Source of the DNA: a bacterium
GTDB taxonomy: Bacteria > UBA10199 > 2-02-FULL-44-16 > JAAZCA01
DNA length: 64,000 bases
Assembly: GCA_963674695.2 (NCBI GenBank)
Contig: CAXXGI010000001.1
Location: forward strand, 608,001 to 672,000
Direction: 5' to 3'
The position numbers were made by a program, and so were the translations under genes. Position 1 is the first letter of the stretch. The number at the start of each line of letters is the position of its first letter. Under the pieces are notes generated by a model, which saw only the letters and a program-made list of their open reading frames with translations, was not told the origin of the DNA and ran no database searches. Below are positions 9,486 to 19,200 of this stretch, piece by piece.

Positions 9486-10345
9486 CCAAGACCCTCGTCG
9501 TCATCAGCGGAAAGGGAGGCACGGGAAAGACCAGTGTCACCGCATCGTTCGCACTGCTCGCCTCGAACGCCGTCATCGCCGATGGCGATGTCGACGCCGC
9601 CGACCTGCACCTGATCCTCGATCCGACGACACGCGAAAAGGCCCCCTTCACCGCAGGCGTCATCGCATCGATCGATCGTGAGCGCTGCACCGCATGCGGC
9701 GCATGCCGCGAAGCATGCGTCTATCACGCCATCGACGAATCGTTCGTCATCGATCCGATCGCCTGCGAGGGCTGCGGACTCTGCCAGTGGATCTGTCCCG
9801 CCGATGCCGTCGTCCTCACACCAAACGCATGCGGGCGCTCATTCATCTCCGACACGCGCGCCGGTCCTTTCGTACACGCGCGCCTCGATCCCGGCGCGGA
9901 GAACTCCGGCAAACTCGTCTCCTTCGTGCGCGGAAAGGCCGCCGAATTGGCCGAGGAGAAGAAACTCGTCATCGTCGATGGACCACCGGGGATCGGCTGT
10001 CCGGTCATCGCCGCCATCGGGGGAACGGATCTCGCGCTCATCGTCACCGAACCCTCGGCCGCCGCCTTTGAGGACTTGAAGCGCATCGCCGACACCGCCG
10101 CTCACTTCGACGTTCCGGTCGTCTGCGCGATCAATCGCTATGACATCAGCACAGAGCTGACCGCACGCATCGAGGCGTATCTGGCCGAACGCAGCATCCC
10201 GCTCATCGGCCGCATCCCCTATGACGAGGCCTTTTTCGCCGCACAGCTAGCGGGAAAAGCGATCGTGGAGGCGGACAAAGGCCCTGCCGCAACGGAGATT
10301 CGGCGCATGTGGAAAAACATTGAAGATCGGCTCGGAATGGAATAG
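9482..10345 (+). CDS. MinD-superfamily P-loop ATPase with inserted ferredoxin (second subunit)
   Basis: SGKGGTGKT, CTACGAC, CEGCGLC, ENSGKLV, DGPPGIGCP. Confidence 0.93.
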   Translation: MTKTLVVISGKGGTGKTSVTASFALLASNAVIADGDVDAADLHLILDPTTREKAPFTAGVIASIDRERCTACGACREACVYHAIDESFVIDPIACEGCGLCQWICPADAVVLTPNACGRSFISDTRAGPFVHARLDPGAENSGKLVSFVRGKAAELAEEKKLVIVDGPPGIGCPVIAAIGGTDLALIVTEPSAAAFEDLKRIADTAAHFDVPVVCAINRYDISTELTARIEAYLAERSIPLIGRIPYDEAFFAAQLAGKAIVEADKGPAATEIRRMWKNIEDRLGME

Positions 10346-10357
10346 AGATCGCCCGCT

Positions 10358-10789
10358 ATGATCGAATATACGGACATCCTGCGGGATCACTTCCTCACAC
10401 CGCGCAACGCCGGCGAGATCGAATCACCCGATGGCGTGGGGTTCATCGGCGATCCGGGTTGCGGCGACATGCTCAAGGTGACCATCCGCGTCGAGAACGA
10501 TCGCCTCACCGATATCCGCTTTCTCTGCAAGGGGTGCGCGGCGGCCATCGGCACCGCCAGCATGATGACGGAGATGGCCCGAGGCAAGACGCTCGACGAG
10601 GCGATCGAGATCACCGACGAGGCGATCGAAGCGGCGGTCGGCGGGCTGCCGGAAGCCAAGCGCCACTGTTCCAACCTGGGCGCGAGTGCCCTGCACGAAG
10701 CGGTCTACGACTACACGCACAAAAGCATCGAACACGAGACGTACGCCGCTCGCGCGATGGACGTCTTTTCCCCCAACGAAGGAGGATGA
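10358..10789 (+). CDS. IscU/NifU-type Fe-S scaffold
   Basis: HFLTPRNAG, PGCGD, KGCAAA, KRHCSNL. Confidence 0.9.
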   Translation: MIEYTDILRDHFLTPRNAGEIESPDGVGFIGDPGCGDMLKVTIRVENDRLTDIRFLCKGCAAAIGTASMMTEMARGKTLDEAIEITDEAIEAAVGGLPEAKRHCSNLGASALHEAVYDYTHKSIEHETYAARAMDVFSPNEGG

Positions 10790-10791
10790 TC

Positions 10792-11130
10792 ATGAAGGTT
10801 GCCATACCGATTGCCAACGGAGCGCTCTGCATGCACTTCGGTCACTGCGAACAGTTCGCCCTCGTGGAGGTCGACGAAACCACGAAGACGATCACCCAGA
10901 CGACGATGGTCACCCCGCCGCCGCACGAACCCGGCATGCTCCCGCCGTGGTTGGCCAAACAAGGCGCCACGCACATCATCGCCGGCGGCATGGGCAGCCG
11001 CGCGCAGGACCTCTTCGCGGCACAGAGCATCGCGGTCATCGTCGGCGCCCCGGCAGACGAACCGGAAGCGTTGGTGAAGTTGTATCTTTCCGGAACGCTC
11101 AAGACGGGCACGAATACGTGTGATCACTGA
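10792..11130 (+). CDS. NifB/NifX family protein
   Basis: MKVAIP...HFGHC...PPPHEPG...IAGGMG...CDH; GGAGG RBS. Confidence 0.9.
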   Translation: MKVAIPIANGALCMHFGHCEQFALVEVDETTKTITQTTMVTPPPHEPGMLPPWLAKQGATHIIAGGMGSRAQDLFAAQSIAVIVGAPADEPEALVKLYLSGTLKTGTNTCDH

Positions 11131-11159
11131 TCGGACACTGATGTCACCGCGAGGGAGAC

Positions 11160-12119
11160 ATGAACCCTTCTACTCGCCATGTCTTCGGCCCCGTCCCGTC
11201 GCGTCGCCTCGGCCGATCGCTGGGCGTCGATCTCGTTCCGTTCAAGACCTGCACCTATGATTGCATCTACTGCCAGCTCGGACCGACACCCCAGCAAACG
11301 GTTACGCGCCATTCATTCATTTCGGTCGAAGGAGTACTCGACGAGGTGAAAGCGCTTCTGAGCGAAGGCGTCCTCGCGGACTTCATCACCCTCTCCGGCT
11401 CAGGGGAACCGACCCTCAACAGCGACATCGGGCGTATCGTCGAGGAACTCAAGGCCCGTTTTTCCATCCCCGTAGCGGTATTGACCAACGGCTCGCTGCT
11501 GTGGATGCCCGAGGTGCGTCGTTCGCTCCTCGCCGCCAATCTCGTCATCCCGTCGCTCGACGCGAGCAACCCGGATATTTTTCGCCGCATCAATCGTCCG
11601 CACGATGACATCGATTTCTCCCGCATGCTCGATGGCCTCATCACCTTCCGCGAGGAATACCGCGGCCAAATCTGGCTCGAAGTCTTCCTCGTTCGCGGCA
11701 TCAACGACGGCGACCACGAGATCGAAGCGCTCGCAGAGGCTGCACGCCGAATCCGTCCGGACCGCATTCAGCTCAACACCGTAGACCGCCCTCCGGCTGA
11801 GACAGGCGTGCACCCGGTGCCACGCGAAGTCCTCGATGCGATCTGCGATCGTTTCCAACCGCATGCGGAGATCATCGCTTCATTCAAGCACCGCGGCGAA
11901 GTCGTGCGCACGTCAACGGCCAAAGAGATCGTCACCCTCTGCCAAAGGCGTCCCTGCACGCTCTCGGATATCGCCGAAGCATTGGGCCTGCATCGAAACG
12001 AAGTCGTCAAGTTGACGAGGGAACTCACACAACGCGGCCGACTTCAGATCAAACGCGCGGAACGCGGGGTGTTCTACACGGCGATGGGCAAAGGCGAAGC
12101 GCCCGAAGCCGAGGAATAA
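11160..12119 (+). CDS. radical SAM protein with C-terminal HTH
   Basis: FGPVPSRRLGRSLG, CTYDCIYC, SGSGEPTL. Confidence 0.93.
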   Translation: MNPSTRHVFGPVPSRRLGRSLGVDLVPFKTCTYDCIYCQLGPTPQQTVTRHSFISVEGVLDEVKALLSEGVLADFITLSGSGEPTLNSDIGRIVEELKARFSIPVAVLTNGSLLWMPEVRRSLLAANLVIPSLDASNPDIFRRINRPHDDIDFSRMLDGLITFREEYRGQIWLEVFLVRGINDGDHEIEALAEAARRIRPDRIQLNTVDRPPAETGVHPVPREVLDAICDRFQPHAEIIASFKHRGEVVRTSTAKEIVTLCQRRPCTLSDIAEALGLHRNEVVKLTRELTQRGRLQIKRAERGVFYTAMGKGEAPEAEE

Positions 12120-12158
12120 CCCTTTCCGCTTTTTCCCGTTGAAAAAAGACCCGATGCC

Positions 12159-12503
12159 TTATCGACTGCGACCCGAGCGACGATGTTGAAGCAGGAGAAC
12201 CCCGGTCACGATGAGGGCGATGGGCAGAAGCGGGAGATCGAGCCCCATCATTTCGCTCCCTCCCGCCGCGAGGAAGAGCACGCCGATGATCACCCAGTAC
12301 CAACTGATGGTCTGACGCAGGAGCAGGCGCACGAGCGTTCCGAAGAGCGAGATAATGCCCACGCCGAGCGCGCCGACACCGCGCGGGATCTGCGGCAGGA
12401 CGAGCACCGCGCCGATCCAGACGAAGAAGAGGACCCAGCCGAAGGCATCGAGGCCCTTGGAGAGCCGGCCGCGCCCCTGTCTTCCGATCGTCATGCCGTT
12501 CAT
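12159..12503 (-). CDS. small 4-TM membrane protein
   Basis: 114-aa hydrophobic ORF. Confidence 0.7.
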   Translation of the reverse strand: MNGMTIGRQGRGRLSKGLDAFGWVLFFVWIGAVLVLPQIPRGVGALGVGIISLFGTLVRLLLRQTISWYWVIIGVLFLAAGGSEMMGLDLPLLPIALIVTGVLLLQHRRSGRSR

Positions 12504-12656
12504 GGGACCCCCGTAACCAGCAGTGCAAAAACAACACAGTGGGGCGCATCCCGCAAGCCGTTTTGAGGGTCACTCCGAAATTCGCGTTGCGCTTCAGCAC
12601 GTTGCCCGATAAGTCCCCGGTAACGCAATCGCTGGAGAAACACCAAACCACTTGAA
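12483..12656. repeat. conserved leader element, copy 1
   Basis: 42/44-nt core 12576-12619 matches 16074-16117; identical 17-mer GCAGTGCAAAAACAACA; shared AAACACCAAACC. Confidence 0.85.
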
Positions 12657-12674
12657 GAGCACGGGAAAAAGATC

Positions 12675-12701
12675 ACAACTTTCCGCGATCATGACCGATA
12701 A
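12675..12701 (+). promoter_or_regulatory. sigma28/FliA-type promoter
   Basis: ACAACTTT-N11-ACCGATAA, 25 nt upstream of ATG 12726. Confidence 0.6.
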
Positions 12702-12725
12702 TCATGTTGACTACCTCCGGAAGGA

Positions 12726-14369
12726 ATGGACCTGGGAACGATCAACGCCATGGGAATGCCTCTGAACGTACACACGCTCTCGCGACGGAACGACGCCACC
12801 GGCGCCGCTTGGCTACACGAGCGAAGCGTTGAGACCATCGCTTCCGGAAAACACCTCCTGGGGATCGATGGTTACTGCGCCGCACCAACAGCGAGCAGCA
12901 CATCTCACCTGCTGTGCACTCCTCTCATCGGACAAACCAGCCTCGCGGACATCTTCGAAGAAGCGGCCGTTCTCGTAGAGAACACCGCGCTGGCAATCGC
13001 CGGCACCATGGCCGTTGCCGGCGCCATCGCGGCAGCGGGCACGACGACGACCATCGGGGCCGCCGTAAGCGCCCTCCTCCTCATTGGCTGCACCGACGAT
13101 CACGCGACCGACGACAAGATCAACACCATCATCCATCCAGACGGCGACCGCGATCGCCCGGAGTTTGCCCCGCACACCGACGGCGATGAAGAAGTCGCGC
13201 AGGAGGAAGAGTGGGAGGAGGTGGACCCCGCGCTCTGCAGCAACGGCGAGCTCGACCCGGGCGAGGAGTGCGAGGCCAATTCGTATGGAGTCTGGATCGG
13301 TTGCACCGACTGCCTCCTCGATCCAAGCCTCACCAAGATCTTCTCGCACAGCATGGCGACCGCCGACTATCCCGAAACGACGGCCCCCAACCTGCAAGCC
13401 AAGGGGGACGACGGCATAATTGCCGTCTTCAGCGTTCCGAAGATCGACAGCGTCTCCCTCTATTCTTCCGTCCATGCCTTCGACGGCCGCACGGGGGAGA
13501 ACCCGCGCCTGGCGTCCGGCTACTACGGCATTCCCTGGCGCCAATCGGCCGTGAGCGACAACCTGGAACTCTTCGCCTATCAGATGGGGGGATGGGAGTT
13601 CACAACGCCGCGCGTCTTCGATCGCAATGGCGACGTCGATTATCTCCCGATCAGCGGCGTCGAGACGATGTGCACCTCCTCCGACCTCAGCTGGATCGGC
13701 GGCGTCACGCTCGCGAACGACCCGGACGATACACCGAGGGCGTTCTCCGTCGCGAAAATCTCCTTCGGTCGTAACGAGAATGATGTGCAGATCGTCGAGG
13801 GGATTGAACTCGCCCACGATGGGCTTCGCGACGAGCTTGCCGGCGGTGCCGTCGCCACGCGCCACTGTCTGGACGACGAGGGCTTCGGCGTCGTCGCCGC
13901 GCGAACGATGGACGGCATCGGCGCGCTCTATCTCGTCTCGCCGACGGGAGCATCACAGCGCATCGCCGATGAACTCACGCTCGCGAGCGCAGCGGTCATA
14001 TCGAGCGGCGGCATCATCGCCTTCCTCGCCCACAACGGTGACGCAAAGGACCTCGTCACCATCGATCGGCGCGACCCGGATACATGTATGCGCATCAGCG
14101 CACCACCGGGGGTCTCGCGCATCCACGACATCTCGCACGACGGCGCGAGCATCATCACCGACAGCGGCAGCGATGAAAGCGTTTACATCCGCCTGGCCGA
14201 AACGGACGAGTGGCGACTGACGAACACGGAATCGATCTCCGAGGACGAGCAGATCACGGCCGCCGTCATTCGCGGCACATGGATCTATCTGCAGACGAAG
14301 GATACGACCGGCGATCTCACGCGAACAAACATCTGGCGTTTGGCGCGCGAAGGGGAAACAACGAGGTGA
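12726..14369 (+). CDS. hypothetical protein, module gene X copy 2
   Basis: 547-aa paralog of 2683..4479 (DGDRxxPEFAPHTDGD, DPALCxNG...GEEC...WIGCTDCLLDP, YGxPWRQxAV). Confidence 0.85.
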   Translation: MDLGTINAMGMPLNVHTLSRRNDATGAAWLHERSVETIASGKHLLGIDGYCAAPTASSTSHLLCTPLIGQTSLADIFEEAAVLVENTALAIAGTMAVAGAIAAAGTTTTIGAAVSALLLIGCTDDHATDDKINTIIHPDGDRDRPEFAPHTDGDEEVAQEEEWEEVDPALCSNGELDPGEECEANSYGVWIGCTDCLLDPSLTKIFSHSMATADYPETTAPNLQAKGDDGIIAVFSVPKIDSVSLYSSVHAFDGRTGENPRLASGYYGIPWRQSAVSDNLELFAYQMGGWEFTTPRVFDRNGDVDYLPISGVETMCTSSDLSWIGGVTLANDPDDTPRAFSVAKISFGRNENDVQIVEGIELAHDGLRDELAGGAVATRHCLDDEGFGVVAARTMDGIGALYLVSPTGASQRIADELTLASAAVISSGGIIAFLAHNGDAKDLVTIDRRDPDTCMRISAPPGVSRIHDISHDGASIITDSGSDESVYIRLAETDEWRLTNTESISEDEQITAAVIRGTWIYLQTKDTTGDLTRTNIWRLAREGETTR

Positions 14370-14371
14370 GG

Positions 14372-15781
14372 TCACGGACAGATCGTACTGTCCTCCATCA
14401 GGTCCGAAAACTGCACCCGCAACTGCTCGCAGACAAGCCCCTGAATATCCACGGCACTCCCGACGAACGAATAATTGAGACGGGCATCTTCCCCGTCATG
14501 GTTCGCGCGACAATAACAGGAATCCGTGAAGGCATTCGAATTGTCGCAGTAGAATATCCTTCCCTGAGAGGGGATATCATCCGGCCCAAACGCAGTCATC
14601 CCCTCGTAGAACCATGCACCACTGATGTTGACCGGCAGGTAAGCGTCGTCCCCTTCCACGTGCGTCCACAGGAAGTCATTATTGGACATGCACGCGCCGT
14701 ACCGTTCAGTTCCAAACCCGAACAGGGCAAGGCATCCAACGTGGAGGGCCTCGCGATACTCATACAGCCATCGCGGGGAGATCAACGGCTCGCCGTCGGC
14801 ACTCACCTCTTCGATGACCGGCAGACAGAGCTTGCCGATCGATCCAGAGGTCTTCCCGAAGATCCCCTTCGCCTCCCAGTCCATAGAATTCGTCATCTGC
14901 TCATACAGGCAGGAGGTTTTTCCTTTATCCTGGACCATCTTTCCGCACGAGCTGAACTCCGGGCAACGATCATCACTATCCGGCACCACGCGAAGCGGAC
15001 AACCCAGCTCCGCTCCCGCCGTCTCCGGGTAGAGACATTTTCTGCCGACGCGAGCCATCCACCTGTTGGGGCACTCCTGGTGAACGGTGACGCCGAAACC
15101 GACATCCTTGCAATGCCCCCCGTTGCGCATCCTTTCCGGGTTCGCGGGGGTAAAACCGGACAAGCAGACACATCCCTCGGACGTCCCCGAATCGACGGCG
15201 TTGTCGCCACACCCGCAAGTCCGCGTCGAGGGATCGGGAATGCCCAGGGGATCCACATACGTGCCGCCCTCATCTCTCGCGCAGTAGCATTCGCCGGTGC
15301 GCGCATTCCGCTTGTAGAGGGGATCGTCGGATTTGCAGAGATTGCACTTCCCCAAACGGGCATCGATCATGGGGGAGTCTTTCGGGCAGCGACACTCCGA
15401 CATCCCGGCGTAGGTTCTCGAACTGCGCTCGCTGACCTTCTTGCCGGTGAGATTCTCCCGTTCCGTATCCCCCATGCACGCGCACCCGGCCGTCGGTGCC
15501 GCGAAGATATCCGGAAGCTGCACCTCCTTCACCAGGTTGCCTCCCTGAGGTTCGTACACCGTATAGCTGCACATGCAACGCGATAAGAACCACATCTGAC
15601 CATCGGGACACCGACGCCTGATCTCCCCCGTCATCCGTTTCTTCAGGCTCGGGGGACGCTGCACTCCCGATGGCTTTGCACGCATGCTCGATCCGGTCCG
15701 CAACTGCGCATCGCTCGTCGCGGATATCAGGAGACCGGTGGCGATGAGAACGACTCCGAGGGCAATCGATGCACGTTTCAT
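14372..15781 (-). CDS. secreted Cys-rich protein, module gene Y copy 2
   Basis: Sec signal MKRASIAL...SDA; shares CxCPxDxP, CxNxWM, LGCPL, CGxMV, CLYE, REA, FGPxD, CYCR with 4454..6379. Confidence 0.85.
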   Translation of the reverse strand: MKRASIALGVVLIATGLLISATSDAQLRTGSSMRAKPSGVQRPPSLKKRMTGEIRRRCPDGQMWFLSRCMCSYTVYEPQGGNLVKEVQLPDIFAAPTAGCACMGDTERENLTGKKVSERSSRTYAGMSECRCPKDSPMIDARLGKCNLCKSDDPLYKRNARTGECYCARDEGGTYVDPLGIPDPSTRTCGCGDNAVDSGTSEGCVCLSGFTPANPERMRNGGHCKDVGFGVTVHQECPNRWMARVGRKCLYPETAGAELGCPLRVVPDSDDRCPEFSSCGKMVQDKGKTSCLYEQMTNSMDWEAKGIFGKTSGSIGKLCLPVIEEVSADGEPLISPRWLYEYREALHVGCLALFGFGTERYGACMSNNDFLWTHVEGDDAYLPVNISGAWFYEGMTAFGPDDIPSQGRIFYCDNSNAFTDSCYCRANHDGEDARLNYSFVGSAVDIQGLVCEQLRVQFSDLMEDSTICP

Positions 15782-15816
15782 GACGCCTCCCCGTTGAACC
15801 AACAGGGCATTATATA

Positions 15817-15832
15817 AGCAAGAGGCATGCCA
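15817..15832 (-). promoter_or_regulatory. sigma54 (-24/-12) promoter
   Basis: minus strand TGGCATGCCTCTTGCT, GG-N10-GC. Confidence 0.75.
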
Positions 15833-15954
15833 TCATGAGGACGCGATGGCGCATGCGCCTCCGCAAAAAAAGTCGTTCTTTCAATAGGTTGCAAGGCCGA
15901 CGGCAGCGGTCATCGGGAGCGAAGGCCTCATATCGAGAAAGGGAGGGATCGAGA

Positions 15955-15968
15955 GTCAATATATCGTC
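15955..15968. promoter_or_regulatory. putative enhancer-binding protein site (FleQ-box-like)
   Basis: GTCAATATATCGTC ~125 bp upstream of the sigma54 promoter; IHF-like TTTCAATAGGTTG lies between them. Confidence 0.45.
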
Positions 15969-15980
15969 ATGTCGCGACCA

Positions 15981-16188
15981 TCCGATCGTCATGTCATTCA
16001 TGCCGCATCCGTGAATTGCAGTGCAAAAACAACATGGTAGCGACAATCCTGGAAGCCGTTTCGAGCCTCCATTCGAAATTCGCGTTGCGTTTCAGCACGT
16101 TGCCCGATAGGTCCCCGTCTCCGAATCTCAGCGGCTCGTCCTCGGGGGAGGCGAACGCAACCTGTGGATAAACACCAAACCGATTGAA
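15981..16188. repeat. conserved leader element, copy 2 (extra ~33-nt hairpin-like insert)
   Basis: matches 12483..12656 including the first codons MNxMTIG on the minus strand. Confidence 0.85.
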
Positions 16189-16194
16189 TATCAC

Positions 16195-16221
16195 GCAACT
16201 TTTCCCCCGAACGAACGATAC
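16195..16221 (+). promoter_or_regulatory. sigma28-type promoter (degenerate)
   Basis: GCAACTTT-N11-AACGATAC. Confidence 0.4.
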
Positions 16222-16279
16222 TTCGACGATTGTATTGAGCGGCCGCTTTCCGCGCCGCCCCGTGTAAGGAGAAGACCCC

Positions 16280-19200
16280 ATGACCAAGACACGCATCGCC
16301 CTCATCCTCACCCTCATCCTGATGATTTTCCTGGCCCTTCCCGAAAGCGCCTTCGCTGCCGATGGCGATGGCGACGGGTGGCAGGATGCCGCGGAAATCC
16401 TCTGCGGCACCGATGAAACCAATGTCGCCGACATGCCGACCGATACCGACGGTGATGGCGTTTGCGACGTCCTGGAAGATTCCGACCTCGACGGCGATGG
16501 GTTCTCCGCCGGCGTCGAAATGCTGTGCGGATCGGATCCGGCCGATGCGGGCGATGTGCCGACCGATACCGATGGCGATGGCGACTGCGACACGATCGAC
16601 GCCGATCGCGACGGCGATGGCTGGTACGATGCGATCGAAGACGGCTGCGGCACCGACCCGGCCGATGCGGGCGATGTGCCGACCGATACCGACGGCGATT
16701 CGATCTGCGACGCGATGGAAGTCTCCGACCGCGATGGCGACGGCGTCGTCGATGCGATCGAAACGCTCTGCGGTTCGAATCCGGCCGATGCCGGTTCGAT
16801 CCCGACCGACACCGATGCCGACGGCGACTGCGATGCCATCGACGCCGACCGCGACGGCGATGCGTGGGCCAATACGATGGAGACCGCTTGCGGCACCGAT
16901 GCGGACAACGCCGCCGACGTGCCGACCGACACTGACGGTGACAACGTCTGCGATGCGATGGAAGACGGCGACACCGACGGCGATGGGGTGGAAAACGCGG
17001 TCGAGACCGTCTGCGGGTCGGACCCCGCCAATGCGGCATCAACCCCGACCGACACCGATGGTGACGGCGACTGCGACGCGATCGACGATGACGACGATGC
17101 CGATGGATGGATCGACGCGCTCGAGACAGCCTGCGGAAACGATCCTGTCGATGCAGGGGACATACCGACCGACACGGATACCGACGGCATCTGCGACCTG
17201 ATGGAGACGGCCGATCTCGACGGCGACACCTATGCCAACGCGCATGAAACGCTGTGTAACTCCAACCCAAGCGATGCGGGGTCAACGCCGCCGGACACGG
17301 ACGGCGACGGCACCTGCGATGCGATCGACCCCGACATCGATGCGGACGGCTGGATCAACGAACTGGAGACGCTCTGCGCGACGGATCCGAGCGACAACGC
17401 CTCGATCCCGGTCGACACCGACGGCGATGGCCTCTGCGATGCGATGGAGACGGCCGACATCGACGGCGACGGTTTTGAAAATGCGATCGAGACGATGTGC
17501 GGATCCGACCCGGCCGATGCGGGTTCGACGCCGGCCGATGCGGATGGCGACGGCACCTGCGATACGCTCGACGCCGACACCGACGGCGATGGCTTCGGCA
17601 ACGACATCGAGACCGTCTGTGATTCCGATCCCAATGATGCGGGCGACACCCCGACCGACACCGATGGCGATGGCACCTGCGATGCCCTCGAAGATGACGA
17701 CCTCGACGGCGACGGTTTTGCCTCGGCCATCGAAGCGCTCTGCGGATCCGACCCCGCCGATGCGGGCGACACCCCTGCGGATGCCGATGGCGACGGCGAC
17801 TGCGATGCCATCGATGCCGACATCGACGGCGACACCTGGGCGAACACGATGGAAACCGCTTGCGGCACCGATCCGAACAACGCCGCCGACGTGCCGACCG
17901 ACACCGATGGCGATCTGATCTGCGATGCGATGGAGCAGGATGACATCGACGGCGACGGCGTGGCCAATGTCATCGAGGATCTCTGCGACTCGGATCCGGC
18001 CGACGCGGGTTCGACGCCGACCGACAGCGATGCCGACGGCACCTGCGACACGCTCGACGCCGACCGCGATGGCGACGGGTGGAGCAATGCTATCGAAGCC
18101 CCCTGCGGCACGAGTGCGGACAACGCCGCGGACATCCCGCTCGACCTGGACGCCGACGGCGTCTGTGACGCGATGGAGGATGCTGATACCGACGGCGACG
18201 GCTCCACCGACGCCGAAGAAAACCTGTGTGGATCAGATGCGAACAACGCGGCCGTTACGCCCATCGATGCCGCACACGACGCGGACGGCGATGGAACGTG
18301 CGACGCCCTCGACGCCGATCGCGATGGCGACGGCTGGGACGACACGATCGAGACCGGCTGCGGCACCGACCCCGCCGATGGAGCGGACGTCCCCGCCGAC
18401 ACCGACGGCGATCTGATCTGCGATGCGATGGAGGTCGCCGACATCGATGGCGACGGATTCTCCAATGCCTTGGAAACCATCTGCGGATCCTCCACGACCG
18501 ACGCGTTGGAAACGCCCACGGACATCACGCGCGACATCGACGGCGACGGCACCTGTAACGAACTCGACGCCGACCGCGATGGCGACGGATGGGACGACAC
18601 GATCGAAGCTCCCTGTGGCACCGACCCGGCCGACGGAGGCGACACGCCTGCCGACACCGACGGCGATTCGATCTGCGACGCGATGGAGATCGCCGACACC
18701 GACGGCGACGGATTCTCCAACACCTTAGAGACGATCTGCGGATCCTCCACGACCGTTGCCGGGCAGACGCCGATCGATGCCACGCGCGACATCGACAGCG
18801 ACGGCACCTGTAATGCCCTGGACAACGATCAGGATGGCGACGGCTGGATCAACGATATCGAAACCCTCTGCGGATTCGACGCGGCCGATGCCGCCTCGAT
18901 TCCGGCCGATGTGGATGGCAACGGCATCTGCGATGCCCTGCAGGATCCGGCTCGTCCGGTGATCACCGCACTCACGATCGACGGCGTTGCGGGCCCCGCC
19001 ACCAAGGATGAAGGCACGGTGGTCACCTTGGGCGTCACCGCCAGCGATCCGCTGAACGACACGCTCACCTATCTCTATACGCGCGTGAGCGGACCGGCCG
19101 TCGTTTTGCCGGGCGGCGATGGAACCAATACCCTCGCCGTCACGCTTCCGAGCGTGGCCGGTGACGAACAGCTTATCATCCGCGTGGCCGTTCAGAATGA

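Noticed and set aside
8029-11130. Nitrogen fixation cluster
   Set aside because: NifB/NifX-like and NifU-like domains occur without nifHDK; the context matches orange-protein-type clusters.
15810-16001. Minus-strand ORF beginning MNDMTIG as a real gene
   Set aside because: Only ~7 codons match the 12503 gene; the rest runs through the enhancer and sigma54 promoter of Y2, so it is probably a remnant.
12576-16160. Leader element as a TPP, SAM-I or c-di-GMP riboswitch, or as a coding peptide GDLSGNVLKRNANF
   Set aside because: Only fragments match (CTGAGA in one copy; CTTATC/GGCAAC) and the required helices are missing. The two synonymous-looking changes are too few and involve rare TTA/CTA codons.
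15994-18825. Long Ser/Pro-rich minus-strand ORFs (15994..17229, 17230..18825)
   Set aside because: Antisense shadows of the Asp-Gly repeat array.
16361-18946. Possible CRISPR array or DGR template/variable repeats
   Set aside because: The repeats are in-frame degenerate coding units without identical repeats or unique spacers; no cas gene or reverse transcriptase is in the window.
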